Shown here: positions 63,858 to 64,000 of the stretch, in pieces | How positions within the stretch are numbered: the stretch's first letter is position 1 | Layout of the letters: the number at the start of each line of letters is the position of its first letter | From: Antedon mediterranea | Lineage: Eukaryota; Animalia; Echinodermata | Assembly: GCF_964355755.1 (NCBI RefSeq) | Contig: NC_092679.1 | Span: forward strand, 4,494,201-4,558,200 | Length of the DNA: 64,000 bases | Reading direction: 5' to 3' | Notes under the pieces: generated by a model | Seen by the model: only the letters and a program-made list of their open reading frames with translations | What the model was told of the DNA's origin: nothing | The model's database searches: none | Program-made: the position numbers and the translations under genes

Positions 63858-64000
63858 GGTCAAAGTTTATACCCATTCTGGTCAAAGTTCATCCCCACTC
63901 TTATAAAAGTTAATACCCACTCTTAGCAAAGTTCATTTCCACTCTGGTCTAAGTTCATACACACACTGGTCAAAGTTCATACCCACTCTGGTCGAAGTTC
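63858..64000. repeat. minisatellite, 22-bp unit, runs off the window edge
   Basis: (ggtcaaagttcatacccactct)n, about 6.5 copies visible. Confidence 0.9.

Larger units (their letters stand above)
50110..64000 (-). other. RAD51B: long RAD51B intron (more than 13.9 kb, runs off the window)
   Basis: No sequence encoding the expected upstream exon (Walker B LVILDSVAS...YLAEEFSIP-like) was found between 50110 and 64000. Confidence 0.75.

Overview
AT-rich (roughly 30% GC by eye) eukaryotic genomic DNA, most likely from an invertebrate animal; the taxon is an inference from the repeat families and cannot be fixed from sequence alone. The only protein-coding gene I can support is the 3' end of RAD51B on the minus strand: four GT-AG exons (50040-50109, 49336-49445, 48907-48982, 48327-48427) that splice in frame to VIVTNQITT...VTAALGNTWSHSVNTRLLLQY...VLIAKSPVAPFTSVKYTI...GTDPGLQSLKVRSSLAYEISHQL*. 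Positions 50110-64000 are part of one long RAD51B intron whose upstream exon lies outside the window. Positions 1-48000 are downstream sequence with no recognisable coding gene. The rest is transposon debris and tandem repeats: a 3.87-kb Academ-like element carrying a 2-kb 30-bp minisatellite, an IS3EU-like MITE, a non-autonomous Helitron, several TTAA-flanked and Tc1/mariner-type MITEs, LINE 3' ends, tRNA-derived SINE heads and about ten tandem arrays. I found no new protein-coding system, and the long ORFs in the track are repeat artefacts. The most unusual signals are: (i) two 17+17-bp hairpins with 7-bp target duplications, which match the geometry of P-element excision footprints; (ii) tandem arrays that can be traced to specific transposon segments, including 20 copies of the left 57 bp of a MITE; and (iii) hints of additional splicing downstream of the RAD51B stop.
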